This document shows, piece by piece, positions 35,730-47,534 of a DNA stretch of 64,000 nucleotides. The translations under genes and the position numbers were made by a program. Positions within the stretch are counted from its first letter, which is position 1; every line of letters begins with the position of its first letter. Under the pieces are notes generated by a model that ran no database searches, was not told the DNA's origin, and saw only the letters and a program-made list of their open reading frames with translations. Location of the stretch: IMG/VR virus record IMGVR_UViG_3300001347_000003, one strand, 5' to 3'. Source of the DNA: a virus.

Positions 35730-36047
35730 ATGGCTAAGTACGATAAAGGACAATCGGGAAATCCTAATGGAAGACCAAAAGGTGCTAAGGGCAAAATATC
35801 TAGTGAGGCACGGCAATTGTTTGTCCAGGTAATGGAAGGCGAGATGGATAATATTAAAGATTCATTGGGCATCTTGCGTGAGAACAGCGACGAGAAATAC
35901 TTAAAGGCTTTAAGCAGTTTGATGCCATACTTTATGCCTAAGCAAGTAGAAACAGACGTAACCATTTTAGAGGCTATTAAGCCCCCTTCGTGGTTTGATG
36001 AGGTATGGGATAAGACAGACCAAGAAGATGAGAACCAGACTACGTGA
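35730..36047 (+). CDS. terS: Terminase small subunit (copy 2)
   Basis: Identical to 6541-6858. Confidence 0.75.
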   Translation: MAKYDKGQSGNPNGRPKGAKGKISSEARQLFVQVMEGEMDNIKDSLGILRENSDEKYLKALSSLMPYFMPKQVETDVTILEAIKPPSWFDEVWDKTDQEDENQTT

Positions 36048-37195
36048 AACAGCCTAAAGCGTACTACGATGTAAAGGGAAGCAAGGCGCGTATCGTTTGC
36101 TTGCAAGGAGGGAGCAGAAGTGGCAAGACCTATTCAGTTTTGCATTGCCTGTGCGAATGGTGTTACACGTACCAAAACTCGCAGTTCACTATAACTATCA
36201 TACGCAGAAGTTTTCCTTCGCTTCGTGCTAGTGTGATGCGTGACTTCTTCAACATCATACAAGAGGCAGGGTGGTATCAAGAGAAGCACCATAACAAGAC
36301 AGAGAACACGTACAATCTGTTTGGTAACCTAGTACAATTTATAAGTGCCGATCAGCCCGACAAATTTAGGGGCGCAAAGCACCATTTTGTTTTTCTCAAT
36401 GAGTGTACAGAATTGGCAAAGGAGGTTTTTGTCCAAATTTCTATGCGCTGCCTGTATAAAATTTTCATCGACTTTAACCCAAGTGAAGAGTTCCATTGGA
36501 TTTATGACACGGTGATACCTAGGGATGACTGCGACTTTTTTAAGTCTACCTACCTAGACAACCCGTTTTTAAACAAGGAGGTAATAGATGAGATTGAAAG
36601 ACTCAAAGACACAGACGAGAATTATTGGAGAATCTATGGACTAGGGGAAAGGGGCATAAGCAAGGAAACTATATTTCAAACGCACGTCTACGACGAACTG
36701 CCTGAGAACGCAAAGCACATAGCATATGGCTTAGACTTTGGATTTGCTGCTGACCCTGCGGCATTGGTTCGAGTTAGTCAAAGGGGAGATGAACTGTACA
36801 TGGAGGAGTTGATATACAGCGGAGGCTTAACCAACCAAGATTTAGGCGAGAAGTTTAGGACATGGGATATAGGGAGGCATGATGAAATCATAGCAGATAG
36901 CGCAGAACCAAAAAGCATAACTGAGTTATCGCGCATGAACTTTAACGTGAAGCCTGCGCGTAAGGGAGCAGACAGCATACGCAATGGCATTGACATAATG
37001 AGAAGGCACAAGCTGTTCATCAAGTCAGACAGCCTAAACTTGCAGAAGGAGTTTAGAAATTACAAGTGGAATACTGATCGTGATGGTCGTATACTTCCAC
37101 AACCTAGGGACGCTTGGAATCATGGCATCGACGCTGTGAGATACTGCTGCCTTAACAAACTAGCACACAGAAACCGTTCATACTACATAAGATGA
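36044..37195 (+). CDS. terL: Terminase large subunit (copy 2)
   Basis: Identical to 6855-8006. Confidence 0.95.
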   Translation: MKQPKAYYDVKGSKARIVCLQGGSRSGKTYSVLHCLCEWCYTYQNSQFTITIIRRSFPSLRASVMRDFFNIIQEAGWYQEKHHNKTENTYNLFGNLVQFISADQPDKFRGAKHHFVFLNECTELAKEVFVQISMRCLYKIFIDFNPSEEFHWIYDTVIPRDDCDFFKSTYLDNPFLNKEVIDEIERLKDTDENYWRIYGLGERGISKETIFQTHVYDELPENAKHIAYGLDFGFAADPAALVRVSQRGDELYMEELIYSGGLTNQDLGEKFRTWDIGRHDEIIADSAEPKSITELSRMNFNVKPARKGADSIRNGIDIMRRHKLFIKSDSLNLQKEFRNYKWNTDRDGRILPQPRDAWNHGIDAVRYCCLNKLAHRNRSYYIR

Positions 37196-37952
37196 AAGTA
37201 AGCCTACCTGAAGGTTACCACGAAATAACCATAGAGCAATACCAAAACGTTTGGAAAGCATACGAAAAATCTATGAATGCTCACGAGTCAGTACGACTAG
37301 CTATCGAGTGCTTAGGAGGACTAGAGCCTGGTTCGCTAAAAAATGCACAATGGCACGAGATAGAAAAGGCAGGAGAATTACTTGCATGGTTTATTGCTGA
37401 CCCTGACGCTTCAACTATGAAGCAACCATTGCAACAGAAGGTTATGCTTGATAACAGATGGTATGGGTTTATTCCTAATTGGACTACGCTAACAGTAGGA
37501 GAATTTGCAGACCTTGATACGTATTGTAACCAAGGGATGTTTGATAATCTGCACGTCATTATGTCCATTCTTTACAGACCAATTGTGCATGAACGCCATG
37601 ATTGTTACGAGATAGAAACATACGTCCCAAGCAAGGAACGAAAGGCAAAAATGCTTAACTTAAAAATGGATGTAGCTATAGGCGCATTGGTTTTTTTTTG
37701 CAACATCGAAAAGGAATTAGCCATCACTATGCAACACTCTTTGAGCAAAAAGGAGCAGACAAAAAAGCTAAAACAATTCACAGTAAATGGGGCTGGTTCT
37801 CAACTATCTACGAACTAGCTAAAGGTAACGTGTCAAATATGAATGGGGTAACAGAACTTTATATAGAAGATGTACTGACGTTCCTTTCTTACGAAAAGGA
37901 TGTAGCGGTACAAAAAAACATCAAGGTAGATGCAAACAATACAAGACATTAA
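37192..37952 (+). CDS. Tail assembly chaperone with -1 frameshift extension (copy 2)
   Basis: Identical to 8003-8763. Confidence 0.6.
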
Positions 37953-38391
37953 CAACGCTTTACAAACGATAGTAGATAACCACGATCAGCTAAAAAGTTT
38001 TCATACGTATACTATCGATACGTTGGACATGGAAAAGTTGAACGTGACTGATTACCCGTTGCTGTATGGACAATGTACTGGAGCGACAATGGAAGGCGGG
38101 GCTACTGTTTTTACTTTCGAAATCATTGTAGGAGACTTAGTGATTGAAAAACAGCAAGAAGTCATGACTGAGGTTTACACAGAAACGTATTTAATCTTGC
38201 AAGATGTAGTATCTCAGTTCGTGTTTAACGTTAGTCAAAGCAGCGAAATCTCTAATACTTGGAGTTTTGAATTGCCGTTAAACTGCACACCGTTTACAGC
38301 CAGGTTTGATAACCTGCTCACAGGGTGGAGTACGCAGTTTGATATTAAGCTGCCTACGCCATTGAATCTCTGTATTGCCCCCTATGACTAA
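37930..38391 (+). CDS. Tail terminator-like protein (copy 2)
   Basis: Identical to 8741-9202. Confidence 0.5.
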   Translation: MQTIQDINNALQTIVDNHDQLKSFHTYTIDTLDMEKLNVTDYPLLYGQCTGATMEGGATVFTFEIIVGDLVIEKQQEVMTEVYTETYLILQDVVSQFVFNVSQSSEISNTWSFELPLNCTPFTARFDNLLTGWSTQFDIKLPTPLNLCIAPYD

Positions 38392-38995
38392 GTTAGAAGT
38401 GCAAATAAATGTAGGCGAGAATACATACCTGCTGAAGATGCCTAAGTTTTTACGAGCCGTAAACGATTTAGGAGCAAGCGTTGTGTCAAGAGCAAGAAAC
38501 ATTTTGTCAGAAAAAGACAAGGTAGTTACGGGTGCTTTATCAGATTCGTTAGGCTTTGAAATACTAGAAACATCAACGGGAATTACTTTGTCTTTTGGTG
38601 GTAGCGTCCCTTATTGGGATTTTGTGGAGCAAGGAGTTAAAGGCGCAGCTTCATCAGAAAAAGCACCTGACAGCGAATATCAATTTGGAAGCGGCACAGG
38701 GAAGAAGGGAGCATTGAAGCCTGCTATTAGAAAATGGATAACGGATCGAGGCATAAGTAATCAATCCTGGAGAGATAAGAAAGGAAGGTTTTTGAGTTAC
38801 GATGCTATGTCGCAAAGGATAGCAAGAAGCGTTTACTTGACAGGCATTAAGCCAACAGGTTATTACGCACTAGCATTTGACCAAACCGAAAAACAAGCAG
38901 AACGAAAACTAAGCACAGCCTTAACAAACGATTTGCAAGTCTTTTATGATAGCAACTTTGGAAAGGAATACACAATCATTTACAATATCGGATAA
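38375..38995 (+). CDS. Neck/tail completion-like protein (copy 2)
   Basis: Identical to 9186-9806. Confidence 0.5.
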   Translation: MPPMTKLEVQINVGENTYLLKMPKFLRAVNDLGASVVSRARNILSEKDKVVTGALSDSLGFEILETSTGITLSFGGSVPYWDFVEQGVKGAASSEKAPDSEYQFGSGTGKKGALKPAIRKWITDRGISNQSWRDKKGRFLSYDAMSQRIARSVYLTGIKPTGYYALAFDQTEKQAERKLSTALTNDLQVFYDSNFGKEYTIIYNIG

Positions 38996-40347
38996 TGGCA
39001 TATAACGTAAATCAGACAAGCACAGGGTTGCGCGGTTCGTATGATGATTTAATCTACGTGGTAGAGGATGACACAAATACAGGAGAGCCTAAATACAGAT
39101 ATGCTTGCTCTGTAAATGTAGGAGGAGTACCACAAGCTATTCTTCGTCAGCTACCTAACAATGCAGACTGTGCAGTATTTAATCCTCGAATTATTGCAGC
39201 GCAGTTTGTGAAGCCTGATGAAGACAAATGGTTTTTAGGTCAGTCATTAGGTAATTTACTTAGTACAAACACAAATGCCTTTAAGACTGTAACAATGCGG
39301 TTTGGTTATCAGTACGCAGCTAGTGCTTCACTTGAGCCTGTGCTTACATTGTTACCTGCAACAGATCAAACTGTGGAATTGGTGTCAGGCAATTTTACCT
39401 TACCTACGTCAACGGTAATTGAAACGACAGACAGCGCACAGTACATACCCGACGATTCTAATGCTTTGTTTCTTTCTGATGCGCCATTGGTAGCAGGCGT
39501 ATATACAAACTACGTAGTTTACGACACAGGCAAAACGAATTGGGCAGCTTTAGCCTTTATCAATACTTCCGCATCTACTGCAACCTATGTTAGAATTCGA
39601 TACTTTAAGAACGCAACTCAATTAAGTACAACTGAAATAGAAAATAGCGTTGCCAATGGAGGTGTGCCACCAAGTACCGTAAGCGCAGATACAGAACGCC
39701 TACTGTACTTAGGTGTAGGTACAGCGAATTTAAATGGCTATTCAGGTCAATCATCACCAGCTAATCCCGCCAATCAATATTGGACTCATTATGAGATTAC
39801 GCTATTAGACGGATTAGGCGGTAACGCAGTATCAGCTACCTATAGGTTTGAGCGTTTAGACTGCAACAAGTTCCAACAAGCAGGGGAGTTTTACACGTTG
39901 CATTGGTGGAACAGCAAAGGCGGCCTAGACAGTTTAGTGTTCAATGGCAAGTCGCAATTAAGCCAATCAATTAAGCGAACGGAGTATAGGCAAATTGGAG
40001 GCAATAGTTATGATGCAAATGGTCTAGGTGCAACGGCTTACAACAAGTACAGCTACGAAGAAGGCAAGACACAATCAAACATTATAACTACTACAACCTT
40101 TAGTTTAAGTACGGCGTTTGGGAATCCTGAAGTTCTTAGTCCCTTGATGATGTCGCTAATGAATAGCGAGCGCGTATACATGACAGGCAGCGATGACTAC
40201 GGCACGAATTCTACGGGAGCAGATAAAAACAAAGCGGTACGAGTTGCAGTTAGCGACACATCGTTTCAACGCAAGACATCAGTTAGCGATGGTTTGACAT
40301 CGTATCAAGTGCAGGTAGAAATTTCACGATTACGACCAACTAGGTAA
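38995..40347 (+). CDS. Tail structural protein (copy 2)
   Basis: Identical to 9806-11158. Confidence 0.55.
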   Translation: MAYNVNQTSTGLRGSYDDLIYVVEDDTNTGEPKYRYACSVNVGGVPQAILRQLPNNADCAVFNPRIIAAQFVKPDEDKWFLGQSLGNLLSTNTNAFKTVTMRFGYQYAASASLEPVLTLLPATDQTVELVSGNFTLPTSTVIETTDSAQYIPDDSNALFLSDAPLVAGVYTNYVVYDTGKTNWAALAFINTSASTATYVRIRYFKNATQLSTTEIENSVANGGVPPSTVSADTERLLYLGVGTANLNGYSGQSSPANPANQYWTHYEITLLDGLGGNAVSATYRFERLDCNKFQQAGEFYTLHWWNSKGGLDSLVFNGKSQLSQSIKRTEYRQIGGNSYDANGLGATAYNKYSYEEGKTQSNIITTTTFSLSTAFGNPEVLSPLMMSLMNSERVYMTGSDDYGTNSTGADKNKAVRVAVSDTSFQRKTSVSDGLTSYQVQVEISRLRPTR

Positions 40348-43300
40348 TGGTACAATTAATAGCTACTTCTCAAGACGGAAGCGACCAGGTACAATTAGAC
40401 ACGCCTAAAGTACCGATTCAGTTAAACTTTCATTTCCAAGACCTAGCAAATCCCTTTGCTAACCGAACGCCCTACAGCTTCAATTTTAAGCTGCCTGCTA
40501 CTCGTGAGAACCTTAAGTTCTTTTCGTACTACTACGACTACAACGTTAGCTTAGGTACGTTTAAAGCAACAAAGCGAACTAACGTAGATGTCTACGACAA
40601 CGGCATTTTGGTAATGTCAGGTATCATGCAACTGTTGAGCGCAACAGAAGACGAGTATACCGTAGTAGTTTTTGAGGAGTTAGCTAAACTGTTTGAGACG
40701 ATTAAAGACTTATCGTGGGAGCAACTGTTTATCACAGAGGCAGGAACGGTAGATACTGATTTAGATCACAGTCTAACGTGGACAAACATAATCGACAGTT
40801 GGACTCTAACGAATGATGTTACGTCAGGTAACGTAGGAAATGGTGTCATTGTTTATCCTCTCGCTGACTACGGCCTAAACGCAACAAACAACGCAAACAA
40901 CGAAGGAACGAGTACAGGCTTTACATACGCTGGGCCAGGCACGGGTATGGATAACAACAGCAACTATACTCAATCCTTAGCAGCTAAAAACTTTAAGCCT
41001 GCCATACGTATACAGTACCTAATTAAATACATTTTTGAATACGCAGGCTTTGTATACAACAGCACGTTTTTTGATAGCGCAGACTTTCAGAAGATTTATA
41101 TGTTTCTTGCAACGGAAACAGAGCGCGTAAAATCAAGGGCTACATACGGATTTCGTACAGGGCTAACTACTGCTTATGATATACCGATTGCTCAAGCGGG
41201 CATATGGCAAAGCCTTGTGTTCGATTATGAAACGGGTAGTCCCTACTATGACCCTGACGGGCTAGTAACTAACGGAGTATTTACAGCACCCTATGACGGT
41301 TCGTACCTTTTAGCTACACGCTTATTCGTTAGAACAATTGCAACCACTAGTTCGACTGACTTTACAGTTAGAGTGCGTATGCAAGTAAACGGAGGGAATG
41401 CCACAAGCTATCCAATTTATTGTGACCCAACGGTAGTAAACACAGTTGATCATCAATACTGGCTAGACCTAAACGCGGGTGATGTGGTTTCTGTTTCTGC
41501 TCTTTCGAACAATTCGTTTGATACAGTACAGATTACATCAGATGTCACTAATGGGCAATCGTTTTTTAACCTCATTAATTTCTCAGGGTCAGTTGGTTTT
41601 GTCGATGTGTCTGCTAATTTTCCAAATAATGTAACCGTCGATAAGTGGTTAAAAGCCATATTCGAAAAGTTTAACTTACGCATGGTTACTGATCGAGATT
41701 CAGTAGGCACTATATATGTTGAGCCGTGGAATGATTGGTGGGACTCAGGAGAAAAAAAGGATTGGACAAACAAAGTAGACGCAGACAGCGTAACGATTGA
41801 GCCAACGACTAAGTATCAAAAAAAATCAATCACGTTTGCAGACGGCGAAGGCGATGACTTTTTGAATCAATGGTATCAGCACCATAACCAACGAGTAAAA
41901 GGAACGTACATATTTGAGAACGAAGACAATGATTTTTCTACAGGCGAAATGGAAACGAGCGATATTTTCCAGCCTTTACGCAATAGAAAAATATATACAT
42001 GGATTCAAAATACAGGTACAAGTCAAGTACCTAACGTGCTTTGTCCTGCTTTTTGGGTTTGGTCTGACGGGAGCAACGGGAGCATTTACATTAAAGAATC
42101 TGTAGCTTGTAAGCCTGTGCTTGCGTATTACAACGGATTGCAAAATATAGGCAACGGAGCGACATTTAACTATGGAGGTACAGCGGGTACGACCTTTCCA
42201 TATTTTGCTGAATACAATACATACGGAGTAACTACAGCTACTCAGTCTTTAAGGTGGGGCTATTCTTACCCTGACAATTTAGAAATGCCTGCGGTAGGAG
42301 GATACACAAATAAATATCTGTTTACTACGTACTGGCTACGTATGATGAACGAAATCTATAGTGATCAAAGCCGATTGATGACTGCCAATTTTTCGCTGAA
42401 CGCTACAGATATATATGATTTAAAGTTCAACGATTTCCTGTATATCGAAGGTGCATATTGGAAGCTGCTAAGTTTAAAAAACTTTACGCTTGACGGGGAG
42501 AAGCTATGCTATGCAGAACTAATCAAAGTCATTGATGCACCTGCTGCTAGAATCGATGGTAACTGCGCCTTACAAGTTGACTCATTTAATGATGATGGAA
42601 CGGTCAATTTCATCGATGCTAAAACGGGAGTGTCAGCACCTGCTACTGCTGAATGCTGCACAATAAATGGTTACGTTTGGAGCGAATCAGCGCAAGAATG
42701 TTTTATTTCACCAGGTAACGAAAATGGCGGCGGCGGCACAAATCCAATTGGAACTTACCCTGAACCTATTAGCGGATTTATAAACGCACAAACAGGATTG
42801 GGTATAGGGACAAACGTTCCTGTGCAGGCTTTTAATTCTACTGAAATATCGGGCGGCACATATAGCTTAGAATTGTTTGCACAAACAACGAGTGCTTCAG
42901 CAGTTGCAGCTGCAAGTAATCAAGGGCTATCGTTGTTTAATGTAGGCGATGACAGCATAACGTATATCACATACGACATTACGACAATTGAAGTAGGGGG
43001 AGGCAATGGAACGTTAGGAAACACAGCAAACTTTACGGCGCGTACAGCTATAGCTAACACAAGGTCATCAGCCGCAGTAGGTTGTACTCTACGAACAATA
43101 GGCAACCCAACAATTATAAATAATGAGAGTGACGGAGGCACACACAGCACAATCAGCATAGGCATTAATCAGCGATCGGCAGGTGCTACAGCTACGTATT
43201 CTTTGCAATGCACAGGCCAAGCAAATGTAATTGAGCAATGGTTTATCCGTGCAACAGTACAAGTAGTTCAAATCAATGATGCTGAAGTAGTTTTAGAAAC

Positions 43301-45041
43301 GCCTGCTTACTTCAATTTGTCAAGCAATACGGCAATTACTTTAAATGTCAGCCCTACACAAACCTTAGCCTTTAACGGTGGGGGGATTGCGCCGTCTCCT
43401 CCTCCTGCGTTTACGGGATTATTAAACGAGAGTTACGGAAGCGGAGCAGCTGCGGCATATTCTACGCGAAGGCTAAACGGCAACATTACCGAGTGCATGG
43501 TGATTCGTAGGGCATCTGATTCTACTACTCAAACGATTGGGTTTGACGGTTCAGGAAACATCAACGAGGCAGATATTATTTCGTTCTGCACAGGCACAAC
43601 TTGCACGGTTTATCAATGGCTGGATCAGTCAGAAAACGGGAACACGGCAACAGCGGCGGCGCAAGCTAACGAACCGACGATATACACGGGCGGGGCGTTG
43701 GTGAAGGAGAACGGAAGGGTGGCGATAAACTTCGACGGAAGCGATGACGCTTTATTAACTGGAACTTTTTCTTCAATTGCGCAACCTGTAACGTGGTATG
43801 CGTTAGGAGCGCAAGACTCAGCGAGTACAGGCATTCAGGGTTTTTTTAGAACAGGTACAACCCCACATAGTTACAGCTGGGGAGAAGTAAATAAATGGGT
43901 AAAATTATATGCGGGTACAGGATTAGGCTCTGCATCTGGATTTGAGGTTAGCAGAGGCCCTTTATATCTAAGCACAGCACTAGCGAACGGCACTTCTTCG
44001 TCGATACATTTGAACGGGACACAAGCTGCAACAGGCAACGCGGGAACAAATCCAGTCATCGGAGTATTGGAAATAAGCAGAACGCAAAGCACTAGATATT
44101 GGCACGGAACGCAACAAGAGTTGTTATTGTTCAGCAAATCCACAGACCGCACATCCATCGAATCCAACATCAGCGACTACTTCACCCAAAACACGCCACT
44201 ACTCGACACGTATACAGGAGCAGCAGCTTGCTATTCTTTGCGATTGATGCGCACCGCCCACACGGGTGCTTTGATTCGAGTTAGACGCAGTAGCGACAAT
44301 ACAGAACTTGACATAAATGCGAACGTATTCGGTGAACTCGATACCGTTTCGCTTTTGGACTTCGCAGGTACGGGAGATGCGTTCGTAAAGGTCTGGTATG
44401 ATCAAAGCGGAAACAGCAACGACGCGACGCAGACCACGACAGCGAGTCAACCTCAAATCGTTTCAAGCGGTGCGGTAATCGTGGAAAACGGGAAGCCTGC
44501 GGTTGAGTTTGATGGAAGCAATGATGGTTTAAATAACGCAAGCAATTTAAGAGCTTCGGCAGGCGCGTCTTCGGTTTTTATGATTAAAAACATTCCGCAA
44601 AAAATCGGGGGAAGTTCAAGCGAACAGCAAAACCCGTTTGCTTTCTATACTGTCCAGCGGCACTTTATGGGCGGCACAACGGATTCATTTTATGGTCCTC
44701 TACAAATTAGCACCAACACAACTACTAACGAATCTATTGAATTTGCAAGTGCAAATTTAAACGGGCAAAGTTTATTCACGAGCATTTGGGACGGAACGTC
44801 TCAACTCTCGAATATCGATGACGTGAGCCTCCATATTGATGGAACACAAGAAGCGCAAACCGCAAGCACCGCGCCCTTGGGAATAACGGCAAGCGGAACG
44901 AATTCTATTGGATATAGACACGATATAAACAGCCAATACGCAGAAGGCACGATTCAAGAGTTGGTAATTTATACCTCCGACCAATCCACCAACCGCACGA
45001 ACATCGAGAGCAACATCAACACCTTCTATTCTATTTACTAA
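40347..45041 (+). CDS. Tail-tip/host-specificity protein (copy 2)
   Basis: Identical to 11158-15852. Confidence 0.75.
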   Translation: MVQLIATSQDGSDQVQLDTPKVPIQLNFHFQDLANPFANRTPYSFNFKLPATRENLKFFSYYYDYNVSLGTFKATKRTNVDVYDNGILVMSGIMQLLSATEDEYTVVVFEELAKLFETIKDLSWEQLFITEAGTVDTDLDHSLTWTNIIDSWTLTNDVTSGNVGNGVIVYPLADYGLNATNNANNEGTSTGFTYAGPGTGMDNNSNYTQSLAAKNFKPAIRIQYLIKYIFEYAGFVYNSTFFDSADFQKIYMFLATETERVKSRATYGFRTGLTTAYDIPIAQAGIWQSLVFDYETGSPYYDPDGLVTNGVFTAPYDGSYLLATRLFVRTIATTSSTDFTVRVRMQVNGGNATSYPIYCDPTVVNTVDHQYWLDLNAGDVVSVSALSNNSFDTVQITSDVTNGQSFFNLINFSGSVGFVDVSANFPNNVTVDKWLKAIFEKFNLRMVTDRDSVGTIYVEPWNDWWDSGEKKDWTNKVDADSVTIEPTTKYQKKSITFADGEGDDFLNQWYQHHNQRVKGTYIFENEDNDFSTGEMETSDIFQPLRNRKIYTWIQNTGTSQVPNVLCPAFWVWSDGSNGSIYIKESVACKPVLAYYNGLQNIGNGATFNYGGTAGTTFPYFAEYNTYGVTTATQSLRWGYSYPDNLEMPAVGGYTNKYLFTTYWLRMMNEIYSDQSRLMTANFSLNATDIYDLKFNDFLYIEGAYWKLLSLKNFTLDGEKLCYAELIKVIDAPAARIDGNCALQVDSFNDDGTVNFIDAKTGVSAPATAECCTINGYVWSESAQECFISPGNENGGGGTNPIGTYPEPISGFINAQTGLGIGTNVPVQAFNSTEISGGTYSLELFAQTTSASAVAAASNQGLSLFNVGDDSITYITYDITTIEVGGGNGTLGNTANFTARTAIANTRSSAAVGCTLRTIGNPTIINNESDGGTHSTISIGINQRSAGATATYSLQCTGQANVIEQWFIRATVQVVQINDAEVVLETPAYFNLSSNTAITLNVSPTQTLAFNGGGIAPSPPPAFTGLLNESYGSGAAAAYSTRRLNGNITECMVIRRASDSTTQTIGFDGSGNINEADIISFCTGTTCTVYQWLDQSENGNTATAAAQANEPTIYTGGALVKENGRVAINFDGSDDALLTGTFSSIAQPVTWYALGAQDSASTGIQGFFRTGTTPHSYSWGEVNKWVKLYAGTGLGSASGFEVSRGPLYLSTALANGTSSSIHLNGTQAATGNAGTNPVIGVLEISRTQSTRYWHGTQQELLLFSKSTDRTSIESNISDYFTQNTPLLDTYTGAAACYSLRLMRTAHTGALIRVRRSSDNTELDINANVFGELDTVSLLDFAGTGDAFVKVWYDQSGNSNDATQTTTASQPQIVSSGAVIVENGKPAVEFDGSNDGLNNASNLRASAGASSVFMIKNIPQKIGGSSSEQQNPFAFYTVQRHFMGGTTDSFYGPLQISTNTTTNESIEFASANLNGQSLFTSIWDGTSQLSNIDDVSLHIDGTQEAQTASTAPLGITASGTNSIGYRHDINSQYAEGTIQELVIYTSDQSTNRTNIESNINTFYSIY

Positions 45042-45439
45042 TGGACGGCTATATAATCGTACTCCCTGAAGGAACGCTAACAAGCGAACACCGAGCCAAA
45101 GCCATAACGCGCGAACTGTACAACATCACCGCGCCGTTGGTCACACAGGAACCGTATCAAAAGGACGGGACGGTATTCGGCGTTATCGAACACCCTGACG
45201 GCATTCAATTCGCTTTGCAGGTAGACACGGAGTACACTATAGCTGTTAACCCATTGGCTACGCTTGAGAAGCTAGTTACGCTTATGCTTGAATTAAGTGA
45301 GTTAGAAATACGAGAACTTTCTAGTTACGTTTTAAACGCGCAGTCATTCCCGTTTGGGGCTATCATCCCAAGCACTACAACTGTACGTGACCAGGCGTAT
45401 ATGATCGAACATGGTTGGTTCCCTGAAAATCCCGAATAA
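45041..45439 (+). CDS. Hypothetical protein (copy 2)
   Basis: Identical to 15852-16250. Confidence 0.6.
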   Translation: MDGYIIVLPEGTLTSEHRAKAITRELYNITAPLVTQEPYQKDGTVFGVIEHPDGIQFALQVDTEYTIAVNPLATLEKLVTLMLELSELEIRELSSYVLNAQSFPFGAIIPSTTTVRDQAYMIEHGWFPENPE

Positions 45440-45599
45440 TGAAATATTGGATTAACGCGATAGGATATGGTATTCCCTCAGCTATACGTTTAGCGCAAGA
45501 CGAAGAGCAAAAGGGAAAAAAAATATGGCTGCATTGGTATGGGCGATACGCCTTAAACGTTAGTGCGCTGAAAAAAATTAACTTAATACTGAAGAACCG

Positions 45600-47477
45600 A
45601 TGAGCGTAAAAATGGACTTTGACCTAGTTGGTAAAGACAACATTACAGGCCCTGTTGAAAAGGCAACTAAATCATTAGATGAGTTACAGGAAAAAGCAGA
45701 AGAAGCAGGAAAAAAAGTTACAAAGGGTGGTAAGGAAGCTAAAAAAGATTGGGAGGGAGTAGCAGATTTATTTGGGGGTTTGTTGCCTAGGAGTTTAACC
45801 AAAACAATACGGCAATTTAAATCTACTAAGCGATCAATTGGAAGGCTTAGTAAAGGATTCAAAGGTTTAAAAAGTGCTATTGCTTCAACAGGAATTGGTT
45901 TACTTGTAGTTGCTTTAGGAGAGTTAGTTGCTAATTGGGATAAAATTACAGGAGCAATAACAAGGGCATCAAGTGAAACAGAGGATTTAGTAGCAGAAAA
46001 TAAAGAGTTAGTTCAAGCAGCAAAAGACCAACTAAGTTATATAACCGACATTGAAAACATCTTACGGCTGCAAGGAAAAACAGAAGAAGACATTTTAGCT
46101 TATCGTATGCAGGCTACAGACGAGGCAATCGCAGCGCAAAGAATTATGATTGATTCGTTGAAGCAGCAGCAAGAAGAGCAGGTTAAGGCCGCAGAGACTT
46201 CTGAAAAGGTGGCGCAGGCTATGATTGCTCTGCTGTCATTGCCAATTACTTTTGCTCTTGCTGCTATAGATGACATCACAGGGGCGTTGGCAGAGCTTGG
46301 TTTAATGGATGAAGGAACTGATTATTTGCAAGCATACCTTGATGCGGGAACAAAAGCACTTGGTTTGGACGCAGGGAAAATTGCGGAAGACGGACAAGAA
46401 GCAATTGATGAAGCAGAAGATCAACTTCAACGTTTAGAAAATACACGCGCAGGCTATCAATTACGAGCAAACAAAAACGAAGCAGACGCAGAAGCTAAGG
46501 CACAAAAAGCACGAGATGATGCGGCTAAGAAAAAAGAAGATAATGCTAAATACTTAGCAGATCGGTTACTTCAGATACAGCAAGATATGTATCTAGCAAT
46601 GATTGAGGATGACATAACGCAACAAAAGGAAAGGCGCAGATTGCAGTATGAAGCCGACCAAGCAGAACTAAAAGCCAGGGGTGCAACGTTGAGTCAGTTG
46701 TTAGTTTTAAAGCAACAGTATGATATGGATATTGCGGCTATAGACCAACAAGCACAAGACCAAAAGGACGCTAAAGAAAAAGAGCGTTTAGACAAAGAAG
46801 CACAACTGAGAGAGGAGTTGCGGCAAAAAGATTTGACCGATAGGCAGCTAGAAGAAGAAGCGGCTTTTGCTGAATTTCAAAGAAGAGAAGAATTAGCAGG
46901 CACAAATGACGCTTTGGTACTTGAAGCATTTGAAGCATTTCAAAAACAAAAGGAGGCTATAGCAAAGAAGTATAATGAAAAAGAGATTGAAGACAACCAA
47001 GAGGTAATTGACTTAGAGATTCAAGGCAGACAAGCCTTAGCTAAAGGGGTAATGGGTCTCTTTAAGGAGATGGGAAAGTTAGGCGAACAAAATAGTGAGC
47101 AACAAAAAAGATTAGCAATAGCAGACATTTTGTTAAATCAAGCAATAGCAATGTCTTCTGCAATTAGAGGTGCGCAAGCAGCAGCAGCCGCAACAGGCCC
47201 TGCTGCACCTGTAATGACTCCTATTTTTATGGTACAGATGTTAGGAATGGTTTTAGGTGGTTTTGCAAGTATTAAAGGAGTCTTAGCGCAAGCAGGGACA
47301 TCGGGAGGTAGTGTAGGCGGCGGTAGTGGTCAAACACGCTCAGGCTTTGCTACGCAGAACACAGCACCTATGCCTGCACGTTTAGACTCACCTGATATGC
47401 AAGCCTACGTAGTACAAAGTCAATTAGAAGGGCAAGCAATGCAAGCATCACAATTAGCTTCTAAGACTACCCTTTAA
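45600..47477 (+). CDS. Tape measure protein (copy 2)
   Basis: Identical to 16411-18288. Confidence 0.8.
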   Translation: MSVKMDFDLVGKDNITGPVEKATKSLDELQEKAEEAGKKVTKGGKEAKKDWEGVADLFGGLLPRSLTKTIRQFKSTKRSIGRLSKGFKGLKSAIASTGIGLLVVALGELVANWDKITGAITRASSETEDLVAENKELVQAAKDQLSYITDIENILRLQGKTEEDILAYRMQATDEAIAAQRIMIDSLKQQQEEQVKAAETSEKVAQAMIALLSLPITFALAAIDDITGALAELGLMDEGTDYLQAYLDAGTKALGLDAGKIAEDGQEAIDEAEDQLQRLENTRAGYQLRANKNEADAEAKAQKARDDAAKKKEDNAKYLADRLLQIQQDMYLAMIEDDITQQKERRRLQYEADQAELKARGATLSQLLVLKQQYDMDIAAIDQQAQDQKDAKEKERLDKEAQLREELRQKDLTDRQLEEEAAFAEFQRREELAGTNDALVLEAFEAFQKQKEAIAKKYNEKEIEDNQEVIDLEIQGRQALAKGVMGLFKEMGKLGEQNSEQQKRLAIADILLNQAIAMSSAIRGAQAAAAATGPAAPVMTPIFMVQMLGMVLGGFASIKGVLAQAGTSGGSVGGGSGQTRSGFATQNTAPMPARLDSPDMQAYVVQSQLEGQAMQASQLASKTTL

Positions 47478-47534
47478 TTTTACGGGTTGGTGTTACGGTC
47501 TTTTATATGTATATTATAGACACAGAACTAAGTC